From: a virus
Lineage: Duplodnaviria > Caudoviricetes
IMG/VR virus record: IMGVR_UViG_3300033475_000029
Location: 1 to 55,099 of that record
DNA length: 55,099 bases
Reading direction: 5' to 3' (one strand)
Shown here: piece by piece, positions 9,600 through 17,910 of the stretch
How the letters are laid out: each line of letters begins with the position of its first letter
How positions within the stretch are numbered: position 1 is the stretch's first letter
Translations under genes and position numbers: made by a program
Notes under the pieces: model-generated
Databases searched by the model: none
What the model saw: the letters and a program-made list of their open reading frames with translations, nothing else
Told to the model about the DNA's origin: nothing

Positions 9600-9814
9600 T
9601 ACGCGCTCCCTTCGGTCTCGGTCGCCCGCGCCCGGCCCCACACCTCGTCCTCCAGGCGCTCGAACTCCTCGCGGATCTCGACCACGCGCTCCATGTAGGC
9701 GAGACGGACTTCGAGACCCGTGGGAGCCTTACGAACAGCCGCGTCGGCGGCCTTGTTCATGGCTTCGACGGCGCGTTCGCCGGGGGTTGTTTTCTTGGTC
9801 TTGAGGTTGGTCAT
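9599..9814 (-). CDS. Hypothetical protein
   Basis: MTNLKTKK start, coupled stop. Confidence 0.55.
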   Translation of the reverse strand: MTNLKTKKTTPGERAVEAMNKAADAAVRKAPTGLEVRLAYMERVVEIREEFERLEDEVWGRARATETEGSA

Positions 9815-9868
9815 TTGCTCTCTTTCTTCTCCCAGTCGGGCCGGCGATGAGGGCAATGGAGTAGGTGC

Positions 9869-10222
9869 TCATGACTGGCGCCCCGCCTTCTCTTCGATCC
9901 ACCAGCGCAGTTCCGTGGTGTTGAAAAACACCGGCTTTTCGAGCTTGCGCGCCTCGTCGATTTCGCCCCGCGTCCCGGTGCTCATCATCCAGTTGCCTTG
10001 CACGAGCACGGCGTCGCATCGACGCAACAGCTCCAATGTCCCCTCGATCCAGACCGCATCCGGTGCGCAGTCCTGGAAGTGCCGTGTGTTCATGTGCGGA
10101 CAGAGTGCCGCCGCGCCCATGCGCCAGACTTCGAGCGCCACCGTTTCGGCGGCCCTGACGTTCTGCTCAATGAGCCAGGGCGTCGCCGCGCGGAATGGGC
10201 CGGCGATGTAGACGACCTTCAT
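9869..10222 (-). CDS. DUF4406/DUF1937-like nucleoside 2-deoxyribosyltransferase-fold protein
   Basis: VVYIAGPF...CPH...LLRRCDAV...W..S.G..GE..A.....PVF pattern. Confidence 0.8.
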   Translation of the reverse strand: MKVVYIAGPFRAATPWLIEQNVRAAETVALEVWRMGAAALCPHMNTRHFQDCAPDAVWIEGTLELLRRCDAVLVQGNWMMSTGTRGEIDEARKLEKPVFFNTTELRWWIEEKAGRQS

Positions 10223-10548
10223 CGCACGCGCTCCAGTTTCTTCGGGCGAGCGGTCTCGCGGGCCTCTTGGGCGGGAGGGATGATGACTCGGTAGACGCGG
10301 CGGTCGGCTACATGCATATCGCCAATCAGGCAGCACTTGCCGCCGAGTCGGTGACTCGGGATCGTCGTCGTCCATCCGTCATGATATTCAAGGCCGCCGC
10401 TCTTGTTCAGTCCAGGCGCGTCCGCCACGAACGCGAGCAACATCCCGCGGTGGTCGCGGTCGCACCACTTGCAGGGCTTGAGCACGATCAGGTCGCCTGC
10501 CTCCAAGCTCCCGAAGTCGGTTACGAGTTCCAAACGCTCCTCGCTCAC
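10219..10548 (-). CDS. Hypothetical protein
   Basis: GTGA/ATGA coupling. Confidence 0.55.
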   Translation of the reverse strand: MSEERLELVTDFGSLEAGDLIVLKPCKWCDRDHRGMLLAFVADAPGLNKSGGLEYHDGWTTTIPSHRLGGKCCLIGDMHVADRRVYRVIIPPAQEARETARPKKLERVR

Positions 10549-10739
10549 GGTTGCCCTCCCTTGTTGACCTTCAACCCGCGTCCCTCCGCCTCCTTGGCCC
10601 TCTGGCGGGCACGGCGGAGGCCAGAGCGCTCCTCGAAGTAGCGGCCGAAGAACAGGTCGAAGATGGCGATGACCGGCCACGTGAGACCCAGCAGGCGGTC
10701 AGCGGCGCGGTGGCGCCAGGTGGGTAGGGAGGGTGTCAT
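10545..10739 (-). CDS. Small hypothetical protein with a hydrophobic segment
   Basis: Coupled 64-aa ORF. Confidence 0.5.
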   Translation of the reverse strand: MTPSLPTWRHRAADRLLGLTWPVIAIFDLFFGRYFEERSGLRRARQRAKEAEGRGLKVNKGGQP

Positions 10740-11446
10740 GCGGCACCGCCGAGCAGAGACCGCTGCGCCGGTCCCACGTCTTCCGGGTATAGGCGAATCG
10801 CGCGCCCTTCGCGTTCGACGCGGACGCCTTCAATGGCGCCTTCCTCGGCCCATTTCGCGATGCCCGTTCGCGCCGACGCCTTACTGGCATAGTGGAAGTG
10901 CCCATCGGCCAGGAGTTCGCCGAGGGTGATGCCCGGCTGTTGCCGAACCATCCGCGCCACTTGCATGCACGTCTCCTTGAATGGCGTGAAGTAGCCGCCG
11001 CGGTTCGTGCCCGCCGCGACGAGCGTCTTTTGTTCCTCGCGCAGGTGGTTGCGCAGCGACGCCGCCACCTTGCGATCGAAGCGCGGGTGGCAGCGCTCGC
11101 GGACAATTTCATATTGGTCGACCGTCAGGCGACCGATGCCGTGCTGGTCGGCGAAGTAGTCGAGCACTGGAGAGCAGCGCATCGACGGCGGCGTGGCGAC
11201 CGACACGAGGTTCGCACGCCCGCGCCAGTAGTCGGCCTGGTCGAGTACGGCGACCCCGTATTGCATCTTTGTTTCGATGGCCCAGAGCAGCGGCCCGCGC
11301 GTCGCCACGATGTCGCAGGTGCGCCCATGGACATGGACTTCCTGGTAGACCTCGAACCGCTGGTCACGCAGCCATGCGACAACGAGGGCCGCAATGCTCG
11401 CCTCGGTTGCCGGGGGCGGCGCATAGCGGTCCCGGAGCGCCGTCAC
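10736..11446 (-). CDS. PD-(D/E)XK restriction-endonuclease-like protein with C-terminal helical/HTH-like region
   Basis: E...VYQEV....CDIVA.....WAIETK motif. Confidence 0.7.
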   Translation of the reverse strand: MTALRDRYAPPPATEASIAALVVAWLRDQRFEVYQEVHVHGRTCDIVATRGPLLWAIETKMQYGVAVLDQADYWRGRANLVSVATPPSMRCSPVLDYFADQHGIGRLTVDQYEIVRERCHPRFDRKVAASLRNHLREEQKTLVAAGTNRGGYFTPFKETCMQVARMVRQQPGITLGELLADGHFHYASKASARTGIAKWAEEGAIEGVRVEREGRAIRLYPEDVGPAQRSLLGGAA

Positions 11447-11483
11447 GCCACCCTCCAGCGCCCCAACATAACGACGGGCTGCT

Positions 11484-11969
11484 TCACGCGGGGCTCCCCG
11501 GGTACGTCGCTCCTGCACCAGGGCGGGCGTCGGCATATTCCGCGGCGTTCCGTGGGCACGAGTAGCAGGGGTTCAGCAGGCCGCACTTACACCGCCCTGC
11601 CGCCTCCAACTTCGCGTCCATCGACGTCCGCTCGGTTTCTTCCATGGTCCCCGGTGCCGCCGTGGACTCTGCGGTGAGCTCGCGAACGCGGACCTTCCCG
11701 CGCAGCTTCGCGATCACATCCTCGCAGCAGTCGCGCACGCCATCGTACGCACTGACGAGGCGACCATTTGCGTCGTTCAGGATGGCGCGCTCGGGCGCCA
11801 GCGCGAAGAACATCGCCCCGGCCCCGACGAACGGCTCGTAGTAGGTGCCGAATCTCGCCGGCATTCGGCGCAGCAATTCCGGGAGCAACTGCGTCTTGCC
11901 GCCGACCCACTTCAGGAACGGCCGCGCCATCGCTCCAGGGATCACGTCTGCAACCGCCACGGCGCTCAC
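11484..11969 (-). pseudogene. dam: Truncated Dam-family (D12) adenine methyltransferase fused to unrelated sequence
   Basis: [19 protein letters not shown] and LNDAN present; similarity ends near residue 90; no DPPY motif. Confidence 0.8.
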
Positions 11970-12310
11970 TTACCCCGCCTCCGGTCGATGGCCTCGACCC
12001 ATTGGCAAACAACGGCCGCGACCTGAAGAAGCTCGTTTCTCAGAGCGTCCGGGTCGGTCTCGCACAGCGCCTCGAAGAATTCCTCCGCGAGGATGTGCGC
12101 GAAAGTCACCTGGCCTTGCGCCGCAGCCTTGTCGCATGCGCGCTTCGCGGCTCCTCGACGCGCCCGGTTTGCTCGTGCCGGGCGGGTTCCGTCGGGGAGG
12201 TTCTGCTCTCCCCATCGTGCGTGCTGGCGCGCTCTCTCTTCCCACACATCGTTGAGGACGCGCTCCATTGCGTGAAGTTGCGCGAGGTCCATCTCGGCGG
12301 CCTCGCTCAC
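11966..12310 (-). CDS. MazG-like all-alpha NTP pyrophosphatase
   Basis: [12 protein letters not shown]...ILAEEFFEA...[11 protein letters not shown]. Confidence 0.75.
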   Translation of the reverse strand: MSEAAEMDLAQLHAMERVLNDVWEERARQHARWGEQNLPDGTRPARANRARRGAAKRACDKAAAQGQVTFAHILAEEFFEALCETDPDALRNELLQVAAVVCQWVEAIDRRRGK

Positions 12311-12579
12311 GGCGCCCTCAGTGGTTCGCGCGCAATGAGCACGTCGAGAACCGTCGGTTGAGCGTTGCGCTCGCAGCGGGCGCACCCGCCCAGGACGAAT
12401 CGCCCATCGTAATCGACCTCGTGCGGGTCCCATTCGTGGCCGCACTCGCAGATCCATCCTGTCGCTATCTGCTCGTCACTCGGACACGGCTTGCCGACGC
12501 AGGCGTGGCAGTCTGCGGGCGCGGCCTCGCCCCCCAAGAAAGAGGCCGCGCCCGCGTCCATGAATCTCTCGGCGCTCAC
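12307..12579 (-). CDS. Small Cys-rich hypothetical protein
   Basis: Coupled ORF; CxxC motifs. Confidence 0.5.
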   Translation of the reverse strand: MSAERFMDAGAASFLGGEAAPADCHACVGKPCPSDEQIATGWICECGHEWDPHEVDYDGRFVLGGCARCERNAQPTVLDVLIAREPLRAP

Positions 12580-12740
12580 GAGGAAGCCTCCCGGCATCCG
12601 TCGCACGTCAGATCATGCGGCGGTGCCACACTCGCCTTCACGTCCCACCCGTCGGCCTTCTTTGCGGCGAGGCACGGCGGGCAGAGCCATAGCCAGATCT
12701 CAAAGCCCTTCGAGAGTTGGAAGATCCGCACCGTGTTCAC
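12576..12740 (-). CDS. Small Cys-rich hypothetical protein
   Basis: Coupled ORF; CPPC and CDGC. Confidence 0.5.
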   Translation of the reverse strand: MNTVRIFQLSKGFEIWLWLCPPCLAAKKADGWDVKASVAPPHDLTCDGCREASS

Positions 12741-12925
12741 GTCCGCGCTCCCGTCTTCGCGGCAACCTCGACCGCCTCGTCCTCGGTGAGATATCCGCTC
12801 GCCTTCCAGTCGGCGATGAGGCTGCCCTTCGCCCAAGCCGAGACGTCACGCCACGAGTTGAGCAACGCGATGACCGCGTCGAGGTTTGACTGGCCCTTCG
12901 AAAGAACGTGCGTCCGAGCGCTCAC
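12737..12925 (-). CDS. Hypothetical protein
   Basis: GTGA-coupled at both ends. Confidence 0.5.
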   Translation of the reverse strand: MSARTHVLSKGQSNLDAVIALLNSWRDVSAWAKGSLIADWKASGYLTEDEAVEVAAKTGART

Positions 12926-13749
12926 GCGGCACCTCGGCGCGCTTCGAGTTGCGCCGCCATACGGGCGACCGCGGCGGCCTTCTCGTCCTCGGTGATCTTC
13001 ACCGGGGGTTTGTGCACATTCGCCCGCGAGGCCGACGGTGCGTCTTCGGCCGCACCTCCCGCGGGCGCGCAGTGCGCGCTTTCCCTCACGTGGATCGACG
13101 GCGCGTCGGCCTCTGGCCTCGGCACCTCCCCGCTCGGATGTTTTTGGAAAGTCTTCTCCTCGGCGAGTTCGCGCACGAGGTTCCGCACCGGCGACGCCGG
13201 CCCTTCGATCGCGCGCCGCGGGTCGAGCGGTGCAATCTCGCCCTCGATGGCCACGAAGGCCGCCGCGCACCCGGTGCGCCCCCGGCCCCAGCCCTCGAGC
13301 GGCTCTGGGCGAAGCGCGGTCTCGGGCCCGGATGCGAACGCCGCGAACAACTCCGCGAAGCGTTTGGCTTCCCATTTCATGGCCTCGTCGCCAAGCTCGC
13401 AAAGCCAGGCCCATGAGCCCATGGCACGGAGCACCGTATTGGTCAGCGGGCCGAAGTCGATGCTTGCGACGGTGTAGTCGTACCGGCGGATCGCCTCGCG
13501 GACCTTCGCCCAGGCCGCTGCGGCGCGGGCCTCGAGACTGCGAGGCGGGCGGGCGAAGGCGCGAAGCTCGGACGGCGAAGGCATGAACTTGCATTCGCGC
13601 AGCGCGCGACCGGCCGCGAAGTTGATTTCGTCCTCGGTGAGATCCTCGAGCCCGAGCTTGTAGCCGCGCGCCGCAGGCTTCGTGAGCGCGACTCGAAACG
13701 TCTCGGCCAACGTCTGCACCGTCGTCGCAATCAGTTCCACTCGCGTCAT
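12922..13749 (-). CDS. DUF6475-like replication partner (putative helicase loader or inhibitor)
   Basis: CKFMPSPSELR...AAWAKV...MGSWAWLC...KRF pattern; directly downstream of the initiator. Confidence 0.65.
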   Translation of the reverse strand: MTRVELIATTVQTLAETFRVALTKPAARGYKLGLEDLTEDEINFAAGRALRECKFMPSPSELRAFARPPRSLEARAAAAWAKVREAIRRYDYTVASIDFGPLTNTVLRAMGSWAWLCELGDEAMKWEAKRFAELFAAFASGPETALRPEPLEGWGRGRTGCAAAFVAIEGEIAPLDPRRAIEGPASPVRNLVRELAEEKTFQKHPSGEVPRPEADAPSIHVRESAHCAPAGGAAEDAPSASRANVHKPPVKITEDEKAAAVARMAAQLEARRGAA

Positions 13750-14450
13750 CGGTTCGTCTCCTCGGCCAAAAGTTCCGCCCACGCGTCGCGACCCTGCTGC
13801 GCCTTCACTGGGACCGCCGCGACCGCCGCCTGGCGCTCGTCCTCCCATCGCCGACCGTTGAGCCATGTCCCCGCGTGCGGGACGGCCTCCGGATCGCGGC
13901 GCACGAAGATCGGCACCTGCCACTCAAGAGCGGCCATGATCTCGGTCGCCAGCGCATCGCAACCGTGCCGCTGCCACATTTTCAGCGCGTGCAGCCTCGC
14001 GGCCTTGCGAGGGTACGCATCCCAGAACGCGACGAACAGCGCGCTGGCGTCCGGCTTGCTCTTACGCGTGCGCGCGACTCTTTCTGATCCGGATTGCCGA
14101 GAAGGATCCGAAGAAGAACCCGGAACCAGAGAAAGAACCGGAGGCAGACCCCCCCCTACCCCCCCAACGCTACCCGTAGCGTTTTCGTCAATGTTTTCAA
14201 CACTACCGATAGCGTTTGACGCTGATTCTTCGACGCTACGGGTAGTGTTCGTTAGTGCTTTTTGAACACTACGGGTAGCGTTTGAAATCAGCTTTTCAAC
14301 ACTACCGATAGCGTCCTCGGAAGCCTCAAACGTCGTCCAACGGTTGCCGCAGTCACAGGCGCGGCGACGCCTCATGACAAGCCCATCGGCAACGAAGCGC
14401 GTCTCGAGCACACGACCACGCTCGGCGGATTTACACGACGAGCACTTCAT
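13746..14450 (-). CDS. Phage replication initiator with N-terminal NrdR-like zinc ribbon
   Basis: N-term MKCSSC...VLETR....G..MRRRRACDCGNRWTTFE; C-term FWDAYPRK...PHAGTWLNGRRWEDE; internal iterons. Confidence 0.85.
   Translation of the reverse strand: MKCSSCKSAERGRVLETRFVADGLVMRRRRACDCGNRWTTFEASEDAIGSVEKLISNATRSVQKALTNTTRSVEESASNAIGSVENIDENATGSVGGVGGGLPPVLSLVPGSSSDPSRQSGSERVARTRKSKPDASALFVAFWDAYPRKAARLHALKMWQRHGCDALATEIMAALEWQVPIFVRRDPEAVPHAGTWLNGRRWEDERQAAVAAVPVKAQQGRDAWAELLAEETNR
14166..14315. repeat. Putative replication origin: five 18-bp palindromic iterons at a 33-bp period
   Basis: Copies start at 14166, 14199, 14232, 14265 and 14298; consensus RACRCTACSSRTAGYGTY; AT-rich spacers. 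Confidence 0.9.
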
Positions 14451-14475
14451 TTCCACGTCAACCTCGTGGCCACGG

Positions 14476-14877
14476 CTACGCGGCCTCCCTAGCCGACCCG
14501 CGAATCCGCACGGCAAGTTCAAGCGCCTTGCGGCGCAGTTCCAAGAACTCCTTATGCAACGCGCGTAGGTCGTCAACCAGCGAAACGCTCTCTTCGAGAA
14601 TCGTCACCCCGACGATCCGGTCCATCTCAAGAGCGAAGGCCGGGTGAGCGTCGGCGAACCTCTGCACGCGCTGAATGCCGTGGGTCACCGTGCTCGCGTC
14701 TCGGGCTCCCAGGGCGTTGCCGATTTCGCTGTTCGACATCTTTGCGTAACAGCGAAGGAGCCCAAAGCACTCGTGCCTCGCGAGTGTCACTTGGGCATGG
14801 CGGTTCGACGACTTCACTTGCTTGACCGTCACGCCACGGGCCGCACAAAGGGCGGCGATGATTTCGCCTGGGGTCAC
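14476..14877 (-). CDS. Stand-alone DnaA C-terminal (domain IV)-like HTH protein
   Basis: S.R...V..ARH....L......S..EIG.ALG.RD.STV.HG..RV. Confidence 0.8.
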   Translation of the reverse strand: MTPGEIIAALCAARGVTVKQVKSSNRHAQVTLARHECFGLLRCYAKMSNSEIGNALGARDASTVTHGIQRVQRFADAHPAFALEMDRIVGVTILEESVSLVDDLRALHKEFLELRRKALELAVRIRGSAREAA

Positions 14878-15212
14878 GACTCGTCTCCGTGCAGGGCGCG
14901 CGTTTCGAACTTCCCCGCGAACTCAGGCCACCCGATCTCGAGCGCCCTCGCAATGCGCGACGAGAAGCTGTTGTTGACGGCGTATTTCTCGCCAGGCGTC
15001 TTTCGGATGATCTGGCGGTACCGCGCAATCTCGACAATGAACTTCGCCGATAGCCGCGTCTCACCGGCCGCGATGAGCTCGCGCCCGATGTCAGCGAACT
15101 CGTGCAGCGCCTTCGGGTGTTCTTCGAGGAAGCGAGCGAAGCGGAGATCGATGGACTCGGCGCGAGAGTGCCCCGAGAAACCGAGGTCGGCATGCGCAAC
15201 CGAAGCGCTCAT
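14874..15212 (-). CDS. Phage hypothetical protein
   Basis: F..F.EEHP...K..VNN.F....AR...PEFAGKFETR; coupled at both ends. Confidence 0.65.
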   Translation of the reverse strand: MSASVAHADLGFSGHSRAESIDLRFARFLEEHPKALHEFADIGRELIAAGETRLSAKFIVEIARYRQIIRKTPGEKYAVNNSFSSRIARALEIGWPEFAGKFETRALHGDES

Positions 15213-15934
15213 GATGCCGCCTCCTTCCAGTTCCATACGGGACCGTCGGTCGTCTCGCAGTCGAGATAGCAGCCGTCTTTCTTCTCTGGCCGCACCCACT
15301 TCGCGAGCATCAGCACGCGATCGCCGCGCTCCCAGCGGTAGACCACGCCCTCCATTGGTTCCAGCGCTCCGTGATGGCTCTGGAGGCCGGGCAGAATGGT
15401 CATCGGGAACGCCTCGGCCGCGCCATGGAAGACGTGTGGAGTCGCGAACGCACCCGCCACGGCGCCATTGAACCGAGCGTGCGTGAGGCGCTCGTCGTTG
15501 GCATCGAATATGTCGAATGCAACGAACGGCTCGTGAGGTAGCGCGTACTTCGTTCCGTGGGCCTGTGCCAGCCACTCGCCGCAGATCCGTTGCCCTTCTT
15601 CCAGTACGACGGCAAACCGCGAAACGTTGCGCTCTACCCACCGCGCGAACATCTGGTGTTGCTCGCGGGGTGACGTGCGGGCATCCCATCCAGCTCGCAC
15701 CAGCGGGTAGATTTCGCCATTGAGCTTGCATGCGCCGACGTTTGAGCCGTCGACCTTCTCTTGGACGACGAGCCAGTCGCGCTTCGGAAGCGCCTCGGTC
15801 ATCGCCTTCGTTTGGCCTTCGTGGATGTGATGATCTCCGGGCCCGAGACGGGAGCCATGGAGGTGACCGATGGATCCGTAGCTCTTGCGCCCCATGGGCT
15901 TGATCCCGGAGACGACCGTGCCAAGCCGACTCAC
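15209..15934 (-). CDS. RNA ligase family nucleotidyltransferase
   Basis: Motif I EKVDGSN, ICGEW, FVAFDIF, EGVVYR, AKWVR. Confidence 0.85.
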   Translation of the reverse strand: MSRLGTVVSGIKPMGRKSYGSIGHLHGSRLGPGDHHIHEGQTKAMTEALPKRDWLVVQEKVDGSNVGACKLNGEIYPLVRAGWDARTSPREQHQMFARWVERNVSRFAVVLEEGQRICGEWLAQAHGTKYALPHEPFVAFDIFDANDERLTHARFNGAVAGAFATPHVFHGAAEAFPMTILPGLQSHHGALEPMEGVVYRWERGDRVLMLAKWVRPEKKDGCYLDCETTDGPVWNWKEAAS

Positions 15935-16473
15935 GGCAGCACCACCGATCGAACCGCCCACCCCGCGCCCGCAACCTGGCGCAGTACCTCGCCGAGTCCA
16001 GCGTCAGCGAGCTTGTACGCGTCTGCGACGGTTCTTGGTCGCGTCGCGCGCATCTTGGTCAGCGCGACCCAGTCTGCCGCCACAGCCCACTTCTCTTCCT
16101 TGGACCACCCGCGGAATGGGTTCTTCGGGCCGTCCTCCTGCCCGTCGAAATACCGGTGGCAGCTACGCGGCCCGTCACACAGGGGCACGCACTGCCAATC
16201 AGGCACTTTGAGAGACATACCCTTCTGCCCTGGTCCAGTCGCGACGTGAGCCGCGGTGGACGGGCCGGACTTGTGACAGTGAACGCAGGCGAGAGTTCGC
16301 ACGTACTGCACGTAAGGCGAGGCGTCCGCACGACGCTTGATCCGCTTCGGGAGCGCCCGTTTCATCCGTGAGCGAGCCAGGGGCTTGCGCGGGCCCGAGA
16401 ATGACGTGTAACGCTTCCTCCCTTGCTCGTCGTGGCTGGCCCCGCGAGAGAGGGGCGTGCGACGGAGGCTCAC
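15931..16473 (-). CDS. DUF968/Ref-like HNH-type zinc nuclease
   Basis: YVRTLACVHC...AAHV...GMSLKVPDWQCVPLC.....CH. Confidence 0.7.
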   Translation of the reverse strand: MSLRRTPLSRGASHDEQGRKRYTSFSGPRKPLARSRMKRALPKRIKRRADASPYVQYVRTLACVHCHKSGPSTAAHVATGPGQKGMSLKVPDWQCVPLCDGPRSCHRYFDGQEDGPKNPFRGWSKEEKWAVAADWVALTKMRATRPRTVADAYKLADAGLGEVLRQVAGAGWAVRSVVLP

Positions 16474-16688
16474 GGAAGGTCCTCCGGGTCACAGCCGTCG
16501 AGACTCAGAGAGAGGGCGACGTCAAATGCCTCCTCGATGTCGTCGTCAATTGAGGCCGACGTGCGGACGTCGATGGCGAACTCCTTCGCTTCCGGATCCA
16601 TGACGCAAGCCCAGCAGCGGTGCCCGTTGATCACGGGCGTGGCCAGCAATTCCCTCGTGACCTTCGGGAACTGACGACGGCGGCTCAC
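16470..16688 (-). CDS. Hypothetical protein
   Basis: Coupled ORF. Confidence 0.5.
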   Translation of the reverse strand: MSRRRQFPKVTRELLATPVINGHRCWACVMDPEAKEFAIDVRTSASIDDDIEEAFDVALSLSLDGCDPEDLP

Positions 16689-16945
16689 TTGGACACCGCC
16701 GTGTCGGGAACTTCGATTTCGAACGTGAAGGGAAGGACGACCCGGCCCCGATCGAAGTCGGAGATGAACTCAAGGCCACCGGCGGGCAAATCGACAAAAC
16801 CGCCGTTCCAGGCAATCCCGTCGTCGCTAACCAGAACGCCGTTCAACCCGGCGCGACAACACGCCAGCGCGATAGGGCAGCTTTCGCAGTCACCGCTGTT
16901 GCCGGCCGCGATATCCTCCGCCGTCACCTCTACGCGGAGCTTCAC
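16685..16945 (-). CDS. Phage hypothetical protein
   Basis: VEVTAEDI..G...DCESCPIALA...FISDFD.G; coupled. Confidence 0.65.
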   Translation of the reverse strand: MKLRVEVTAEDIAAGNSGDCESCPIALACCRAGLNGVLVSDDGIAWNGGFVDLPAGGLEFISDFDRGRVVLPFTFEIEVPDTAVSK

Positions 16946-17127
16946 TGGGCACCTCCCAGCACGCTCTTAAGCGAGAAGAACAGCCACCCGACGGATGACA
17001 CCGCTAGAAACGGAACCGGGTGAAAGAACCGCAGCGCAAGCCACGCGGGAACGGCAAGCACGGCCCCGGCCATGACACACGCCGCCTGGTCGCTCACGAG
17101 TTTGCCGAGCGCATCGAGGAGCTTCAC
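16942..17127 (-). CDS. Small membrane protein
   Basis: Two hydrophobic segments. Confidence 0.5.
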   Translation of the reverse strand: MKLLDALGKLVSDQAACVMAGAVLAVPAWLALRFFHPVPFLAVSSVGWLFFSLKSVLGGAQ

Positions 17128-17333
17128 CGCCCACCTCCGTCCTGAGTCGTGGCCTTGCAGACGCACGCGTGAATCGGCGGCAGCGAGGGGATGATCTGGA
17201 ACGAAGCGACGCCGCTGGGCTCACAGATGGCCGCGCAGGCGCGCATCTCGTCGGCGTGGCTACTGCACCCGCCCACCGACAACACCAGCACCGCCGCTAC
17301 CGCACACACCGCTGCCAGGAGGGTGCGGGCCAT
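17124..17333 (-). CDS. Small secreted or lipoprotein-like protein
   Basis: MARTLLAAVCAVAAVLVLSVGGC signal-like N-terminus. Confidence 0.5.
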   Translation of the reverse strand: MARTLLAAVCAVAAVLVLSVGGCSSHADEMRACAAICEPSGVASFQIIPSLPPIHACVCKATTQDGGGR

Positions 17334-17347
17334 GGCCTTGCCGGGCC

Positions 17348-17710
17348 TCACGCGGCACCTCCGGCCTTCGGGGCCTCTGCCTCGGGGGCGACGTACGGTG
17401 CGAGATCGAGCCCTTCGCCGTAATTGTCGATGGCGTGATTCAGAACGGCCACGGGGAACTTGCCGAGTCGGCTGCCCTCCAAGAGGGCCTGCATCACTGC
17501 AAGGTCCTGCCTGCAGACGTCCTTGTAGAGCCTCCAGATACGCGGGCCATAGATGCCCAGCGAATCGAGGTACAGCACGCGGAAGAACCCATGCGGGCCT
17601 TCCTTCATAAGCTGAACGCAAACGCTCAGCGCACCCGGGTTGCCGTCGCACATCGCCACGATGGCGTCGGACGTGCTCATGGACAGCGTGATGCGCTCGC
17701 GCCGGCTCAC
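17348..17710 (-). CDS. Phage hypothetical protein
   Basis: MCDGNPGAL...LDSLGIYGPRIWRLYKDVC. Confidence 0.65.
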   Translation of the reverse strand: MSRRERITLSMSTSDAIVAMCDGNPGALSVCVQLMKEGPHGFFRVLYLDSLGIYGPRIWRLYKDVCRQDLAVMQALLEGSRLGKFPVAVLNHAIDNYGEGLDLAPYVAPEAEAPKAGGAA

Positions 17711-17910
17711 GACGCCACCCCCATGCGCTGCTCAAGGGCGCGTACCCGGCGCGCAGCCGTGGCCTGCTTGCGCTTTGCGATCGAGCGGCGGCGCTTAGCC
17801 TCGACCACAAGGACGCCGATTGCCTGGTCGCAGTAAGTCAGGAACTCCTGTCGCCCCAGGGCGCCAATCGCGGCCGGGGCGAGCCACTGGACCGCCTGAC
17901 GCCGTCTCAC
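17707..17910 (-). CDS. Hypothetical protein
   Basis: Coupled ORF. Confidence 0.45.
   Translation of the reverse strand: MRRRQAVQWLAPAAIGALGRQEFLTYCDQAIGVLVVEAKRRRSIAKRKQATAARRVRALEQRMGVAS

Noticed and set aside
14166-14315. Mini-CRISPR array
   Set aside because: Repeats are 18 bp and degenerate, spacers only 15 bp, and it lies inside a CDS; iterons fit better
13746-14450. Canonical nrdR repressor gene
   Set aside because: No ATP-cone, the C-terminus is initiator-like, and no ribonucleotide reductase gene was seen
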